A DNA stretch of 32,000 nt from Prochlorococcus marinus subsp. pastoris str. CCMP1986 (GTDB lineage Bacteria > Cyanobacteriota > Cyanobacteriia > PCC-6307 > Cyanobiaceae), in assembly GCF_000011465.1 (NCBI RefSeq), contig NC_005072.1:840001-872000 (forward strand), written 5' to 3'. The translations under genes and the position numbers were made by a program. Shown piece after piece: positions 9,238 to 18,936 of the stretch. Every line of letters begins with the position of its first letter. The stretch's first letter is position 1. The notes under the pieces are model-generated. The model was not told the DNA's origin and did not search any database. It saw only the letters and a program-made list of their open reading frames with translations.

Positions 9238-11814
9238 GTGATTACTTCTGAAAATACAGATAACAGAGCAACTAATTTATATAAACCATCTGATATAGAG
9301 GGTAAATGGCAGAAAATCTGGGAAGACGACAACTTATATAATACAGATGAGCAAGCAAGTAATAAAGAAAAATTTTATGCCTTATCCATGTTTCCCTACC
9401 CTTCAGGAAACCTTCATATGGGTCATGTGCGAAATTATGTAATAACAGACTTAATTGCACGATTTCAAAGATTTCAGGGCAAAGTAGTGTTACATCCGAT
9501 GGGTTGGGACGCATTTGGTTTACCTGCTGAGAACGCGGCGATAGAAAGAGGAATAAATCCTGATAAGTGGACTAAACAAAATATCGCTCATATGAAATCA
9601 CAATTAAAATTATTAGGTCTTTCTGTTGATTGGGATAGAGAATTTGCCACTTGTGATGAAAATTATTATGTATGGACTCAATTTTTATTTTTGGAATTAC
9701 ATAAAGCTGGTCTTGTTTATCAAAAGGAGTCTGAAGTAAATTGGGATCCGATTGATAATACTGTTTTAGCCAATGAGCAGGTTGATTCAGAAGGCAAATC
9801 ATGGAGATCTGGAGCGATAGTTGAAAAGAAACTTTTAACTCAATGGTTTTTAAAAATTACTGATTATGCAGAAGAGTTATTGCAAGATTTAGAAAAATTA
9901 AATGAGTGGCCTGAAAGAGTTAAGATAATGCAGGAAAATTGGATTGGTAAATCAATAGGTACAAATATAAATTTTAAAATAAAAGAATTTAAAAAGGAAA
10001 AAATACAAGTATTCACAACAAGACCTGATACTTTATTTGGGGTAACTTATTTAGCAATATCAGTTAATCATCCATTAATTAAAAAAATATCTGATAATAA
10101 AATTTTAAGTAAACTAGAAAATTTAAAAATCTATTTACAAGAAAGTAAAGATAAAGATCAAAAAAAAATTGGTATTCCAACAAATTTAATAGCTATAAAT
10201 CCAATAAATTCAAAGGAAATTCCTATCTTGATAGCAAGTTATGTTCTTGATGAATATGGAACTGGAGCTGTTATGGGAGTCCCAGCACATGATGAAAGGG
10301 ATTTTGAATTTGCCAAAATCAATTCTATTGATATTAAACAAGTAATTATTAAGGAAAAAGATAAAATTACCAGCCAATTAACTAATGCTTTTACGGATAA
10401 TGGTTTTTTAATCAACTCAAATAATTTTGATGGCTTAAATAATAGTGATGCCAAAAAACATATTTCAGAACATGGTGAACGAAATGGATGGGCTGAAAAT
10501 AAAATTCAATTTCGTTTGAGAGATTGGTTAATTTCTAGGCAAAGATATTGGGGATGTCCAATTCCAATTATTAAGTGTACTAATTGTGGTTCTGTTCCAG
10601 TAAATAAAAAGGATATTCCAGTTAGATTACCAAATGAGATTAAAATATCCTCTAATAAAATTAATTCTCTAGGTAGTAATCAAAGTTGGATTAATACTAC
10701 ATGTCCAAAATGCGGTAATTTGGCGAGTAGAGAAACGGATACTATGGACACCTTCATGTGTTCATCATGGTATTTTTTAAGATATCCTTCATCAAAATCT
10801 TTAACAAAGCCTTTCGAAAAAGAAAAAATTAATAAATGGTTACCTGTTGATCAATATGTTGGAGGTGTAGAGCATGCAATTTTACATTTGCTTTATGCAA
10901 GATTTCTTACCAAAGCCTTAAGGGACAATAATCTTTTTGATATTGATGAACCATTTAAAAGGCTCTTGACACAAGGTATGGTTCAATCTGCAGCTTATAA
11001 AAATTCAATAACTGGAAAATATATCTCTCCAACTGATATTAAAGATATAACTAATCCAAAAGATCCAAAAGACAATTCAAAACTTGAAGTTCTTTTTGAA
11101 AAAATGTCAAAGTCAAAATATAACGGTATAGATCCTGAATCTGTAATAAAAAAATATGGAGCAGATACAGCAAGAATGTTTATTTTATTTAAAGCCCCTC
11201 CTGAAAAAGACCTCGAATGGGGAGATTCTGATGTAGAAGGTCAATATAGATTTCTATGTAGAATATGGAAACTTTTCTTAGATTACAGTAATAATGATAT
11301 TACCCATGAAGCAGATAAACTTAAAAAAGAAAATGAAAGTTCATTATTAAAGTCTATAAATATTGCTATAAAAGAAATTTCTAATGATATAAAAAACAAT
11401 CAATTTAATACAGCAATATCAGAATTAATGAAGTTTTATAATTCAATATCCTCGAACTTAAATTATGTAAATAAAGACTTAAGAAGAGAATCTCTTATGA
11501 AATTTTGTATATTATTAGCACCATTTGCTCCTCATATTTCCGATGAAATCTGGCATTTAATTGGTAATTCAAAATCTGTACACCTAGAAAAATGGCCAGT
11601 ATTCGATGAAGATGCTCTAAAGGAAAATAGCTTTGAATTAGTAATTCAAATAAATGGAAAAGTAAGAGATAAAATTAATGTAGAAATTAATATTTCTGAT
11701 GATGAAATTAAGGAAAAAACATTAATTAGACCTAATGTAAAAAAATGGATTGATAATAAAACAATCAGAAAAATAATAATTGTAAAAGGCAGAATTATAA
11801 ATATTGTCGTTTAG
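9238..11814 (+). CDS. leuS: Leucyl-tRNA synthetase
   Basis: 858 aa. It has the class I HIGH motif (PYPSGNLHMGHVRNY), the KMSKS motif (EKMSKSKYNG) and a CP1 editing region. A stop codon lies immediately upstream of the GTG at 9238, and the conserved YKPSDIEGKWQ block lies upstream of the first ATG, so a GTG start is required. Confidence 0.95.
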   Translation: MITSENTDNRATNLYKPSDIEGKWQKIWEDDNLYNTDEQASNKEKFYALSMFPYPSGNLHMGHVRNYVITDLIARFQRFQGKVVLHPMGWDAFGLPAENAAIERGINPDKWTKQNIAHMKSQLKLLGLSVDWDREFATCDENYYVWTQFLFLELHKAGLVYQKESEVNWDPIDNTVLANEQVDSEGKSWRSGAIVEKKLLTQWFLKITDYAEELLQDLEKLNEWPERVKIMQENWIGKSIGTNINFKIKEFKKEKIQVFTTRPDTLFGVTYLAISVNHPLIKKISDNKILSKLENLKIYLQESKDKDQKKIGIPTNLIAINPINSKEIPILIASYVLDEYGTGAVMGVPAHDERDFEFAKINSIDIKQVIIKEKDKITSQLTNAFTDNGFLINSNNFDGLNNSDAKKHISEHGERNGWAENKIQFRLRDWLISRQRYWGCPIPIIKCTNCGSVPVNKKDIPVRLPNEIKISSNKINSLGSNQSWINTTCPKCGNLASRETDTMDTFMCSSWYFLRYPSSKSLTKPFEKEKINKWLPVDQYVGGVEHAILHLLYARFLTKALRDNNLFDIDEPFKRLLTQGMVQSAAYKNSITGKYISPTDIKDITNPKDPKDNSKLEVLFEKMSKSKYNGIDPESVIKKYGADTARMFILFKAPPEKDLEWGDSDVEGQYRFLCRIWKLFLDYSNNDITHEADKLKKENESSLLKSINIAIKEISNDIKNNQFNTAISELMKFYNSISSNLNYVNKDLRRESLMKFCILLAPFAPHISDEIWHLIGNSKSVHLEKWPVFDEDALKENSFELVIQINGKVRDKINVEINISDDEIKEKTLIRPNVKKWIDNKTIRKIIIVKGRIINIVV

Positions 11815-11816
11815 TA

Positions 11817-13397
11817 TTAACTAATTTTTTTAATTCTTATTGTACTTGGCTTAGACCAGTCTCCATTTATAAGATAGTCATCATTACCAAAACACATCTG
11901 ACGAATTATAAAAAATATTGGCTCAGCTGATGAATTCCTTAGAAGAGAAGTAATTTCTTTGATTGACAATTCTTCGCCATTATTAAATATTTCTGTTACT
12001 TGTTTTTGATAATCAATTATTTCCGCGGCTGCTTTTTTACCAGCTTCTACACCAGGTTGATCATAAGCATTTATATCAACTAATTCTGCGTAAAAAGAAA
12101 CAGCTCGCTCAAATAGAGCAATTAAGGCACCTAGTGTTAAACAACTCAACTTATCCAAGGTGATTGTTATGCTTTGCCTATTTTCGTTTGATAGTGCAGA
12201 TCTTGTACCTTGTAAAAATCCTGATAAAAATTCTTTAGGATTTTCAGAGTCAAAATAGAAATTACTATTAGGTGTATCAAGTAACTCTATAAAAACACAA
12301 AAGAAATTATCAATACCATCTCTTAACTGCTGAACATATGCATGTTGATCAGTAGAGCCTTTATTACCAAAAACAGATATTCCTTGATGTACGATTTCAC
12401 CCTTCCTATTAAACTTTTTACCTAGAGATTCCATAACTAATTGTTGAAGATATTTACTAAATACTTGCAACCTGTCTCTATAAGGTAATACAACCATATC
12501 TCTCTTACCTATTCCATCACCAGAAAAAAACCATGCTGATGATAGTAAAGCAGCAGGATTGTCTTTAATATTAGGTATCCGTGTTAAGTCATCCATTATT
12601 GCTGCACCTTTAATAAATTCAGAAACATCTCTATTAATAAGAGCTAAAGGAAGTAGGCCAACTGAGCTAGTAATACTGGTTCTGCCGCCAACCCAATCAG
12701 GAAGATTAAATATTTTCAGCCAATTCTCAAGTTGTGCTTTTTTATATAATTGACTATCTTTCATTGTTATTGCTATTGCGTTTGAGTTCCAGTCTAAATT
12801 TTTATTTTCTACATGCTTTTTAATTATATTCATTGCTATTTTTGGTTCAGGTGTTCCACCTGACTTACTTACAACAACAAATAATGTAGTAGCCAATTTA
12901 TCAGATAATTCATCTAATTTCTCACTTATTAAAAATGGATCAATATTATCAATGTATGAAAAATTCAATCCACAAGAATTCTCTTGCAAGGCTTCAGTTA
13001 TTAATAATGGACCTAAACCGCTTCCTCCAATACCTATCCATAAAACGTTAGTAAATTTTTGATTTTTATTATTTGTGATTTTACCCTCTAATATCTTTTC
13101 TCCAAATTCTGAAATATCTCTAATCTCATTATTGATTGCATCCTTTATAAGATTACTTGGAGCAACAGATGGATTTCTTAACCAATAATGTCCAACTTGT
13201 CTTTTCTCATCAATATTTGAAATCGCGCCAGCTTCTAATTCTTTAAGGGCTGAAAAAACCTTTTTAAATTTATTTTCTAAAGATGATATTTGGTCGAGAG
13301 TAAAATTTATTTTACTGATATCTAACCATATATTTACTTGTTTATCAAACCAAAGGTAGTTGCAATATTTATCCCATGAATTAAAGTCATTATTCAT
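11817..13397 (-). CDS. pgi: Glucose-6-phosphate isomerase
   Basis: 526 aa. It has the SIS-domain motifs GIGGSGLGP and VGGRTSITS and conserved [22 protein letters not shown]-type blocks. Confidence 0.95.
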   Translation of the reverse strand: MNNDFNSWDKYCNYLWFDKQVNIWLDISKINFTLDQISSLENKFKKVFSALKELEAGAISNIDEKRQVGHYWLRNPSVAPSNLIKDAINNEIRDISEFGEKILEGKITNNKNQKFTNVLWIGIGGSGLGPLLITEALQENSCGLNFSYIDNIDPFLISEKLDELSDKLATTLFVVVSKSGGTPEPKIAMNIIKKHVENKNLDWNSNAIAITMKDSQLYKKAQLENWLKIFNLPDWVGGRTSITSSVGLLPLALINRDVSEFIKGAAIMDDLTRIPNIKDNPAALLSSAWFFSGDGIGKRDMVVLPYRDRLQVFSKYLQQLVMESLGKKFNRKGEIVHQGISVFGNKGSTDQHAYVQQLRDGIDNFFCVFIELLDTPNSNFYFDSENPKEFLSGFLQGTRSALSNENRQSITITLDKLSCLTLGALIALFERAVSFYAELVDINAYDQPGVEAGKKAAAEIIDYQKQVTEIFNNGEELSIKEITSLLRNSSAEPIFFIIRQMCFGNDDYLINGDWSKPSTIRIKKIS

Positions 13398-13579
13398 TTT
13401 ATATTTTGACTATTTTCTTATTTTGTTTATTATATCTAGTTTATTCTTCGTAAATACTAATCATTTCAATTTATTTAGTTATATTATTTTTAGATCATAA
13501 TGTTTGTGAATTTTAATAAATACTATTAGGGGTTTTTTTTATTTATATCTCATTTATTATTCAATAAAAATATCAGCTT

Positions 13580-14236
13580 TTGGATAAATCATTCAATTAT
13601 TTAATTTCACCTGAAATTTCACAACTTAGAGAATTTTCACCAAAATTAAAAATAGCAATTTTAGCTTCAGGTGAAGGATCAAATTTTCAAGAATTAATTG
13701 ATCTCTCCAATTCAAATAAATTTGATATCGATATTAAGATTTTAATTACAAACAAATCAGAGGCTGGCTGTATATCAAGAGCTAAAAACTCTAATATCTC
13801 TTATAAAGTAATTAAAAGTTCTGATTATGAAAATAAGGATTATTTTGAGAATGAAATTATTAATACAATAAAAAAACAGGATATAGAACTTGTTGTTATG
13901 GCGGGTTGGATGAAAATTATGTCATCAAAATTTGTTAATGAATTTAAGAATAAAATAATAAATATTCATCCTTCATTACTTCCTTCTTTTAAAGGAAGTA
14001 ATGCAATTAAAGAAGCTATAACAAATGATGCCAAGATCACAGGTTGTTCAGTACATTTTGTAGAACCAGAGGTTGATAGTGGTCCCTTAATTATGCAAGC
14101 AGCATTAGCCATTTCGGATAAGGATAATTTAGAGACAATAACTCAGAAATTACATATATTGGAACATAAAGTATTACCACTCTCAATTTCTCAGGCTGGA
14201 TATATTATCCGGAATAAATTTATGGGTAATGATTAA
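13580..14236 (+). CDS. purN: Phosphoribosylglycinamide formyltransferase
   Basis: KIAILASGEGSNFQ N-terminal motif, MAGWMKI and NIHPSLLPSFKG catalytic block. There is no in-frame ATG ahead of the conserved N-terminus, so the TTG at 13580 is the probable start. Confidence 0.9.
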   Translation: MDKSFNYLISPEISQLREFSPKLKIAILASGEGSNFQELIDLSNSNKFDIDIKILITNKSEAGCISRAKNSNISYKVIKSSDYENKDYFENEIINTIKKQDIELVVMAGWMKIMSSKFVNEFKNKIINIHPSLLPSFKGSNAIKEAITNDAKITGCSVHFVEPEVDSGPLIMQAALAISDKDNLETITQKLHILEHKVLPLSISQAGYIIRNKFMGND

Positions 14237-15275
14237 TCATTTCTAACCCATTATTTATTGGCAATCCAGATATTAGATTAAGATTTTGTATAGCTTGCCC
14301 TGTTTGTCCTTTTATTAAATTATCTATTACTGATAAAATAATTACTCTTCCATTTCTAGTATCAACTTTGACAGAGAGATGGATTTCATTTGTATTCTTA
14401 ACCCACTTGGTGGAAGGATAAATATCAACTGGTAATACTCGAATATGCGAGTAGTTTCTATAATAATTTTCTAATATAATCCTACAATCAGAAGAAGTTA
14501 AGCCTGGATCCCGTAATCTTCCATATATTGTCGAATGCATACCTCTTGTCATTGGTATTAAATGAGGAGTGAATAGTAGTTCAATATCATTACCAGAAAT
14601 AAAACTTGCAATTTGTTCTATTTCTGAAGTATGTCTATGATTTATTAGTCCATAGGCAGATAGACCATCTCCACATTCAGAGAATAATGATTTTTGATTT
14701 GGTTCTCTGCCTCCACCTGATGTACCACTTTTTGAATCTATTACTATACCTTCATTATCAATAATCCCTTGGGATAAGAATGGATTAAGAGGAATAAGAG
14801 CAGATGTTGGGTAACATCCAGGGGAGGCGATTAATCTTGCTTTAGATATGTCATTGAAATTAATTTCAGGAAGACCATAAACTGCTTCCTTACATAGATC
14901 ATCGTCATCTCTCTTATATTTTTTCGCTTCATTAGAGTATATATTTTTCCATTGATCAAGAGACTTATACCTATAATCGGCTGATAAATCAATTACTTTT
15001 ACTCCTTTCTCTAATAAACCTCTTGTTAATGTAGATGAAATTCCATTAGGCAAGCAAAGTAAAGCCACATTAGCTTTATCGGCGATTCTATCTATTGATA
15101 TTTTTTCAATTAAATTGTCAGACTCTAAATTTATGAATGGAAAATTATCGCTCCATTTTGTTCCGGAAGATTTATTACCTCCTAAATAAGAAATTTTATA
15201 ATTTTTATTACTCTTTAATAGATTTACTGCTTGTATCCCCCCGTAACCAGTGGCACCAACTATTGCAACATTCAT
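14220..15275 (-). CDS. argC: N-acetyl-gamma-glutamyl-phosphate reductase
   Basis: N-terminal Rossmann motif VAIVGATGYGG and active-site SPGCYPTSA. 351 aa. Confidence 0.95.
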   Translation of the reverse strand: MNVAIVGATGYGGIQAVNLLKSNKNYKISYLGGNKSSGTKWSDNFPFINLESDNLIEKISIDRIADKANVALLCLPNGISSTLTRGLLEKGVKVIDLSADYRYKSLDQWKNIYSNEAKKYKRDDDDLCKEAVYGLPEINFNDISKARLIASPGCYPTSALIPLNPFLSQGIIDNEGIVIDSKSGTSGGGREPNQKSLFSECGDGLSAYGLINHRHTSEIEQIASFISGNDIELLFTPHLIPMTRGMHSTIYGRLRDPGLTSSDCRIILENYYRNYSHIRVLPVDIYPSTKWVKNTNEIHLSVKVDTRNGRVIILSVIDNLIKGQTGQAIQNLNLISGLPINNGLEMINHYP

Positions 15276-15363
15276 TTCTCTTGATTGGCAGACTTTAAGA
15301 TAGGATTATAAGTGTTGACAAAAATAATAATTTAAACACTTTTTTCTATATTGAATAGTAATA

Positions 15364-17097
15364 ATGAAAGAAACAAGTCCCAAATCAAATAATGGAACAA
15401 TTGTGGATAATAACGAAAATTTTAATATAGAATTTGATCCCATAAGCGATGCATTAGCTGCCATAAGAAATGGAGAATGCATAATTGTTGTTGATGATGA
15501 GAGAAGAGAAAATGAAGGCGATTTAATTTGTGCCGCTCAGTTTGCAACTCCTCAACAAATTAATTTTATGGCAACAGAGGGTAGAGGTTTAATATGTTTA
15601 GCAATGCAAGGAGAGAAGTTAGATGCCTTAGATCTTCCTTTAATGGTTGATAGGAATACAGATGAAAATCAAACTGCATTTACTATTTCAATAGATGCAG
15701 GTCCTGAGAATAATGTAACTACTGGAATATCAGCAGAGGATAGAGCTAAAACTATCCAAGTTGCAATAAATCCTTCAACTAAGCCAGAAGATTTAAGAAG
15801 ACCAGGACATATATTTCCACTAAGAGCAAAAAAAGGAGGAGTATTAAAAAGAGCTGGACATACCGAAGCAGCTGTAGACATTGCTGCTATGTCTGGTCTT
15901 TATCCTGCTGGTGTGATTTGTGAAATTCAAAATCCAGATGGTTCAATGTCAAGACTTCCACAACTTAAGCAATATGCAAAAGAATGGGGCATGAAGCTAA
16001 TATCCATTGCAGACCTAATCAGTTATAGATTTCAAAACGAAAGATTTGTTTATAGAAAATCTGACGCAATCCTCCCTAGTATTTTCGGTAATTTTAAGGC
16101 ATATGGATACATAAATGAACTTGACGGTTCTGAACATATTGCACTAGTAAAGCAAAAGTCAAATAAATTGAGTGAACCAGTATTAGTAAGGATGCATTCA
16201 GAATGTTTAACCGGTGATGCTTTTGGATCACTACGTTGTGATTGTAGACCCCAGTTAGAGGCCGCGTTAGCAAGGATTGAAAAAGAAGAAGAGGGTGTGG
16301 TTGTTTATTTAAGACAAGAAGGAAGAGGTATTGGTTTGATTAATAAATTAAAAGCATACAGTTTACAAGATGGTGGTTTGGATACTGTAGAAGCAAATGA
16401 AAAATTGGGTTTTCCTGCAGACCTAAGAAATTATGGAGTTGGAGCACAAATATTAACTGACCTTGGGATCAAAAAGTTAAAACTACTTACAAATAATCCT
16501 AGGAAAATTGCTGGATTAGGTGGATATGGAATAGAAGTTACAGAGAGAGTCCCATTAGTGATATGTCCTGGAGAGCATAATTCTGAATATCTAAATGTTA
16601 AGAGACAAAAACTTGGACATATGTTGGAAGAAGAAAAATTAAATTCAATAGATATAGATCCTTATATTGCTATTTTCCTAGATGGTGACTATAAATCAAT
16701 AGATTTAGTTCCTATCAAAAATAAAATAATTGAATTCTGCGAAAAAAATAAAATAAATATTATGTTAGAAAGCTCTCCTAGACTATTAGCATTTTGGAAT
16801 AGACCTAAATTAGTATGGAAAATATTGCATGACAAAAACAGAGAAGATTTCACTATTAACGATAATGAAATTAATAAGATTGAAATTTTTATTAAATTTT
16901 TATCAGAATATAATAAAAGTTCAAAAGTAGGAATTATCGTATCAAAAAATATTCAACAGGCTTTACATCCAAAAAACAGTATTAAATTAAAAAATACCAA
17001 GTTTTCAATAAAGAATGAAGAATTACACTCATCCACTAGGAAATTTAATCTCGATAAAGAAACGTTCAGTATTATATTTGATAAAAAATTATCTTAA
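15364..17097 (+). CDS. ribBA: Bifunctional 3,4-dihydroxy-2-butanone-4-phosphate synthase / GTP cyclohydrolase II with an extra C-terminal region
   Basis: DHBP synthase motifs ([19 protein letters not shown]) are followed by the GTP cyclohydrolase II zinc motif [21 protein letters not shown] and [10 protein letters not shown]. The catalytic part ends near residue 420, and residues 421-577 are additional. Confidence 0.9.
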   Translation: MKETSPKSNNGTIVDNNENFNIEFDPISDALAAIRNGECIIVVDDERRENEGDLICAAQFATPQQINFMATEGRGLICLAMQGEKLDALDLPLMVDRNTDENQTAFTISIDAGPENNVTTGISAEDRAKTIQVAINPSTKPEDLRRPGHIFPLRAKKGGVLKRAGHTEAAVDIAAMSGLYPAGVICEIQNPDGSMSRLPQLKQYAKEWGMKLISIADLISYRFQNERFVYRKSDAILPSIFGNFKAYGYINELDGSEHIALVKQKSNKLSEPVLVRMHSECLTGDAFGSLRCDCRPQLEAALARIEKEEEGVVVYLRQEGRGIGLINKLKAYSLQDGGLDTVEANEKLGFPADLRNYGVGAQILTDLGIKKLKLLTNNPRKIAGLGGYGIEVTERVPLVICPGEHNSEYLNVKRQKLGHMLEEEKLNSIDIDPYIAIFLDGDYKSIDLVPIKNKIIEFCEKNKINIMLESSPRLLAFWNRPKLVWKILHDKNREDFTINDNEINKIEIFIKFLSEYNKSSKVGIIVSKNIQQALHPKNSIKLKNTKFSIKNEELHSSTRKFNLDKETFSIIFDKKLS

Positions 17098-17531
17098 ACT
17101 AAACTGGCTTTAATAATTTTTGAGCCGTTTGTTAGTTTTAAAACAATATCCATATCGTCTGTTTTTCCAAAAACAGTATGTACTCCATCCAAATGAGGTT
17201 GTGCCTCATAAACTATAAAAAATTGACTCCCACCTGTATTTTTTCCTGCATGAGCCATTGATAGCGAACCTTTTAGATGTTTATTAGAATTGATTTCACA
17301 ATTAATTTTATATCCTGGTCCACCTGTTCCAGGCATGCCTGAAGATCCTGCACGTGTGTTAGGGCAACCACCTTGAGCCATGAAACCTGGGATAACACGA
17401 TGAAAGGCTAATCCGTCATAAAAACCTTCACTAATTAGTTTTGTGAAATTATTAACTGTATTAGGCGCGTCATTAGAAAATAATTCAATATTTATATTAC
17501 CAGCATCAGTTTCAAATAAAGCTTTTGTCAT
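17094..17531 (-). CDS. Peptidyl-prolyl cis-trans isomerase, cyclophilin type
   Basis: 145 aa. Motifs [20 protein letters not shown] and [11 protein letters not shown]. Confidence 0.9.
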   Translation of the reverse strand: MTKALFETDAGNINIELFSNDAPNTVNNFTKLISEGFYDGLAFHRVIPGFMAQGGCPNTRAGSSGMPGTGGPGYKINCEINSNKHLKGSLSMAHAGKNTGGSQFFIVYEAQPHLDGVHTVFGKTDDMDIVLKLTNGSKIIKASLV

Positions 17532-17567
17532 TGTGAGTTTAATTATCTATAACTTTTATTTTAAACG

Positions 17568-17960
17568 TTAGAGAAGCTTTTCAAGATTCTCCTTAATGGA
17601 ATTTAAATCTATATTTTTATCTATATTTTCTTCTCTACATTCTTCTTCGTTCCAAGTCTCCACTTCTAAATTTTTTTGAGGAGGAGAAATTAGTAATCTA
17701 TCCTCTGCTGTTTTTGGCACAAAATTTTTCTCAACCAATTTACATTCATAATCTAGTTTTGTACAAAAATCTCTAATTTCATCTATCGAAATCATTTCTA
17801 CTGTAGGCAATGGGAAATCCTGAGCCTCTAAAAGTCCACAGTAACGTTCAGCATCATCTTTTTCTTCAAACATTAGAACTATAGTCCTACCTTTTAACTC
17901 TATTGAATGTATTCCTTCTTTCTCTGTACCGAAGTTATAAAGTAAAACATAAATATTCAT
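17568..17960 (-). CDS. Conserved acidic hypothetical protein (probably DUF3110 family)
   Basis: 130-aa ORF in the same orientation as the dnaK/dnaJ pair, 34 nt downstream of it. YVLLYNFGTEKEGIHS...IVLMFEEKDDAERY resembles my recollection of the cyanobacterial/plastid DUF3110 family. The family call is from memory. Confidence 0.6.
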   Translation of the reverse strand: MNIYVLLYNFGTEKEGIHSIELKGRTIVLMFEEKDDAERYCGLLEAQDFPLPTVEMISIDEIRDFCTKLDYECKLVEKNFVPKTAEDRLLISPPQKNLEVETWNEEECREENIDKNIDLNSIKENLEKLL

Positions 17961-17994
17961 AAAAACTTTTTTAAAATTATTATATATTATTTAA

Positions 17995-18936
17995 CTATTC
18001 ATCTGATAGTGATAATTCTTGAAGTCTGGTATATAAAGCTATTTCCTCATCATTTATATCAGCAGGAATAACAACCAGAATTTCTACAAACTGATCTCCA
18101 ATATTATCTCCAAAACTCAATCCTCTGCCCTTAAGTCTTAACAATCTTCCAGTTGAAGACTTTGGAGGTACTTGAAGAGTTACATTTCCATCAAGAGTAG
18201 GAACTTCTACTGCACATCCAAGAAGGGCGTCGGGGGGAAATAACTCTAATTTATAAAGAACACGTAGACCATCTATACGAAGTCCATTTTCAGTTTGGAC
18301 TTTTAATTGTAAATAATGATCTTTTCCACCTTTTGCAATATTTTCTAATCTCAATCTCCAACCATCTCCAGCGAATGGGGGAGTATCAACTTCTACAACA
18401 GTTTGATCTTCTAATTCTATTAATATGGATGCACCACTCAGAGCTTCATCCGGGGTTAATTCGATAATAGTTTCGATATCTTGATGAAGCTTTACAGGTG
18501 GTGGTTCTTCTGGAGATCTTGCTGGATAGTCGTAACTATTAAACTCTTCTTCATTAAAAATTGCATTAGGCTTTTCATCTTCATAAAAATCAGAGGTTTG
18601 ATCATAGCTTTCATTATCTAATTCAGATTCGTATTCAAATCCAAATAGAGAATTAAGATAATCTTTAAATTCAGGAAAACCTGTGCTGTATTTATTATAA
18701 ATTTCTTCATTAGAAGAATTAGAATCTATAGATTTAACTCGTCTGACAGGATCACGTAAGAATTCGTAAGCTTCATTAATTAATTTAAATCTATCCTCAG
18801 CATTTATATCATTTTTATTTAAATCAGGATGCCATTTTCTCGCTTCCCTTCGAAAAGCTTTTTTTAGTTCAATATCGTCGAATTTAGAAGATAAACCTAA
18901 AATCGACAAATAGTCTTTTTTAGAGGAAGTAGTCAT
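17995..18936 (-). CDS. dnaJ3: DnaJ-family co-chaperone lacking the Gly/Phe region and zinc finger (DnaJ3-type)
   Basis: J-domain DYLSILGL...AFRREARKWHPDLNKN (HPD) ...INEAYEFL, with no CxxCxGxG repeats and a DnaJ C-terminal-like beta domain. The preferred start is the ATG at 18936 (MTTSSKKDY), a 17-nt overlap with the dnaK stop. The track start at 18969 would add 11 aa. Confidence 0.8.
   Translation of the reverse strand: MTTSSKKDYLSILGLSSKFDDIELKKAFRREARKWHPDLNKNDINAEDRFKLINEAYEFLRDPVRRVKSIDSNSSNEEIYNKYSTGFPEFKDYLNSLFGFEYESELDNESYDQTSDFYEDEKPNAIFNEEEFNSYDYPARSPEEPPPVKLHQDIETIIELTPDEALSGASILIELEDQTVVEVDTPPFAGDGWRLRLENIAKGGKDHYLQLKVQTENGLRIDGLRVLYKLELFPPDALLGCAVEVPTLDGNVTLQVPPKSSTGRLLRLKGRGLSFGDNIGDQFVEILVVIPADINDEEIALYTRLQELSLSDE

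Noticed and set aside
13529-13540. GGGG followed by T8, considered as an intrinsic terminator.
   Set aside because: There is no complementary C-rich arm upstream to form a stem. It also lies on the promoter side of both flanking genes, where a terminator makes little sense.
15276-15363. Possible FMN riboswitch upstream of ribBA.
   Set aside because: The spacer is only 88 nt and is shared with the divergent argC promoter, which is too short for an FMN aptamer plus expression platform. No conserved FMN-element-like GC-rich helices are visible.
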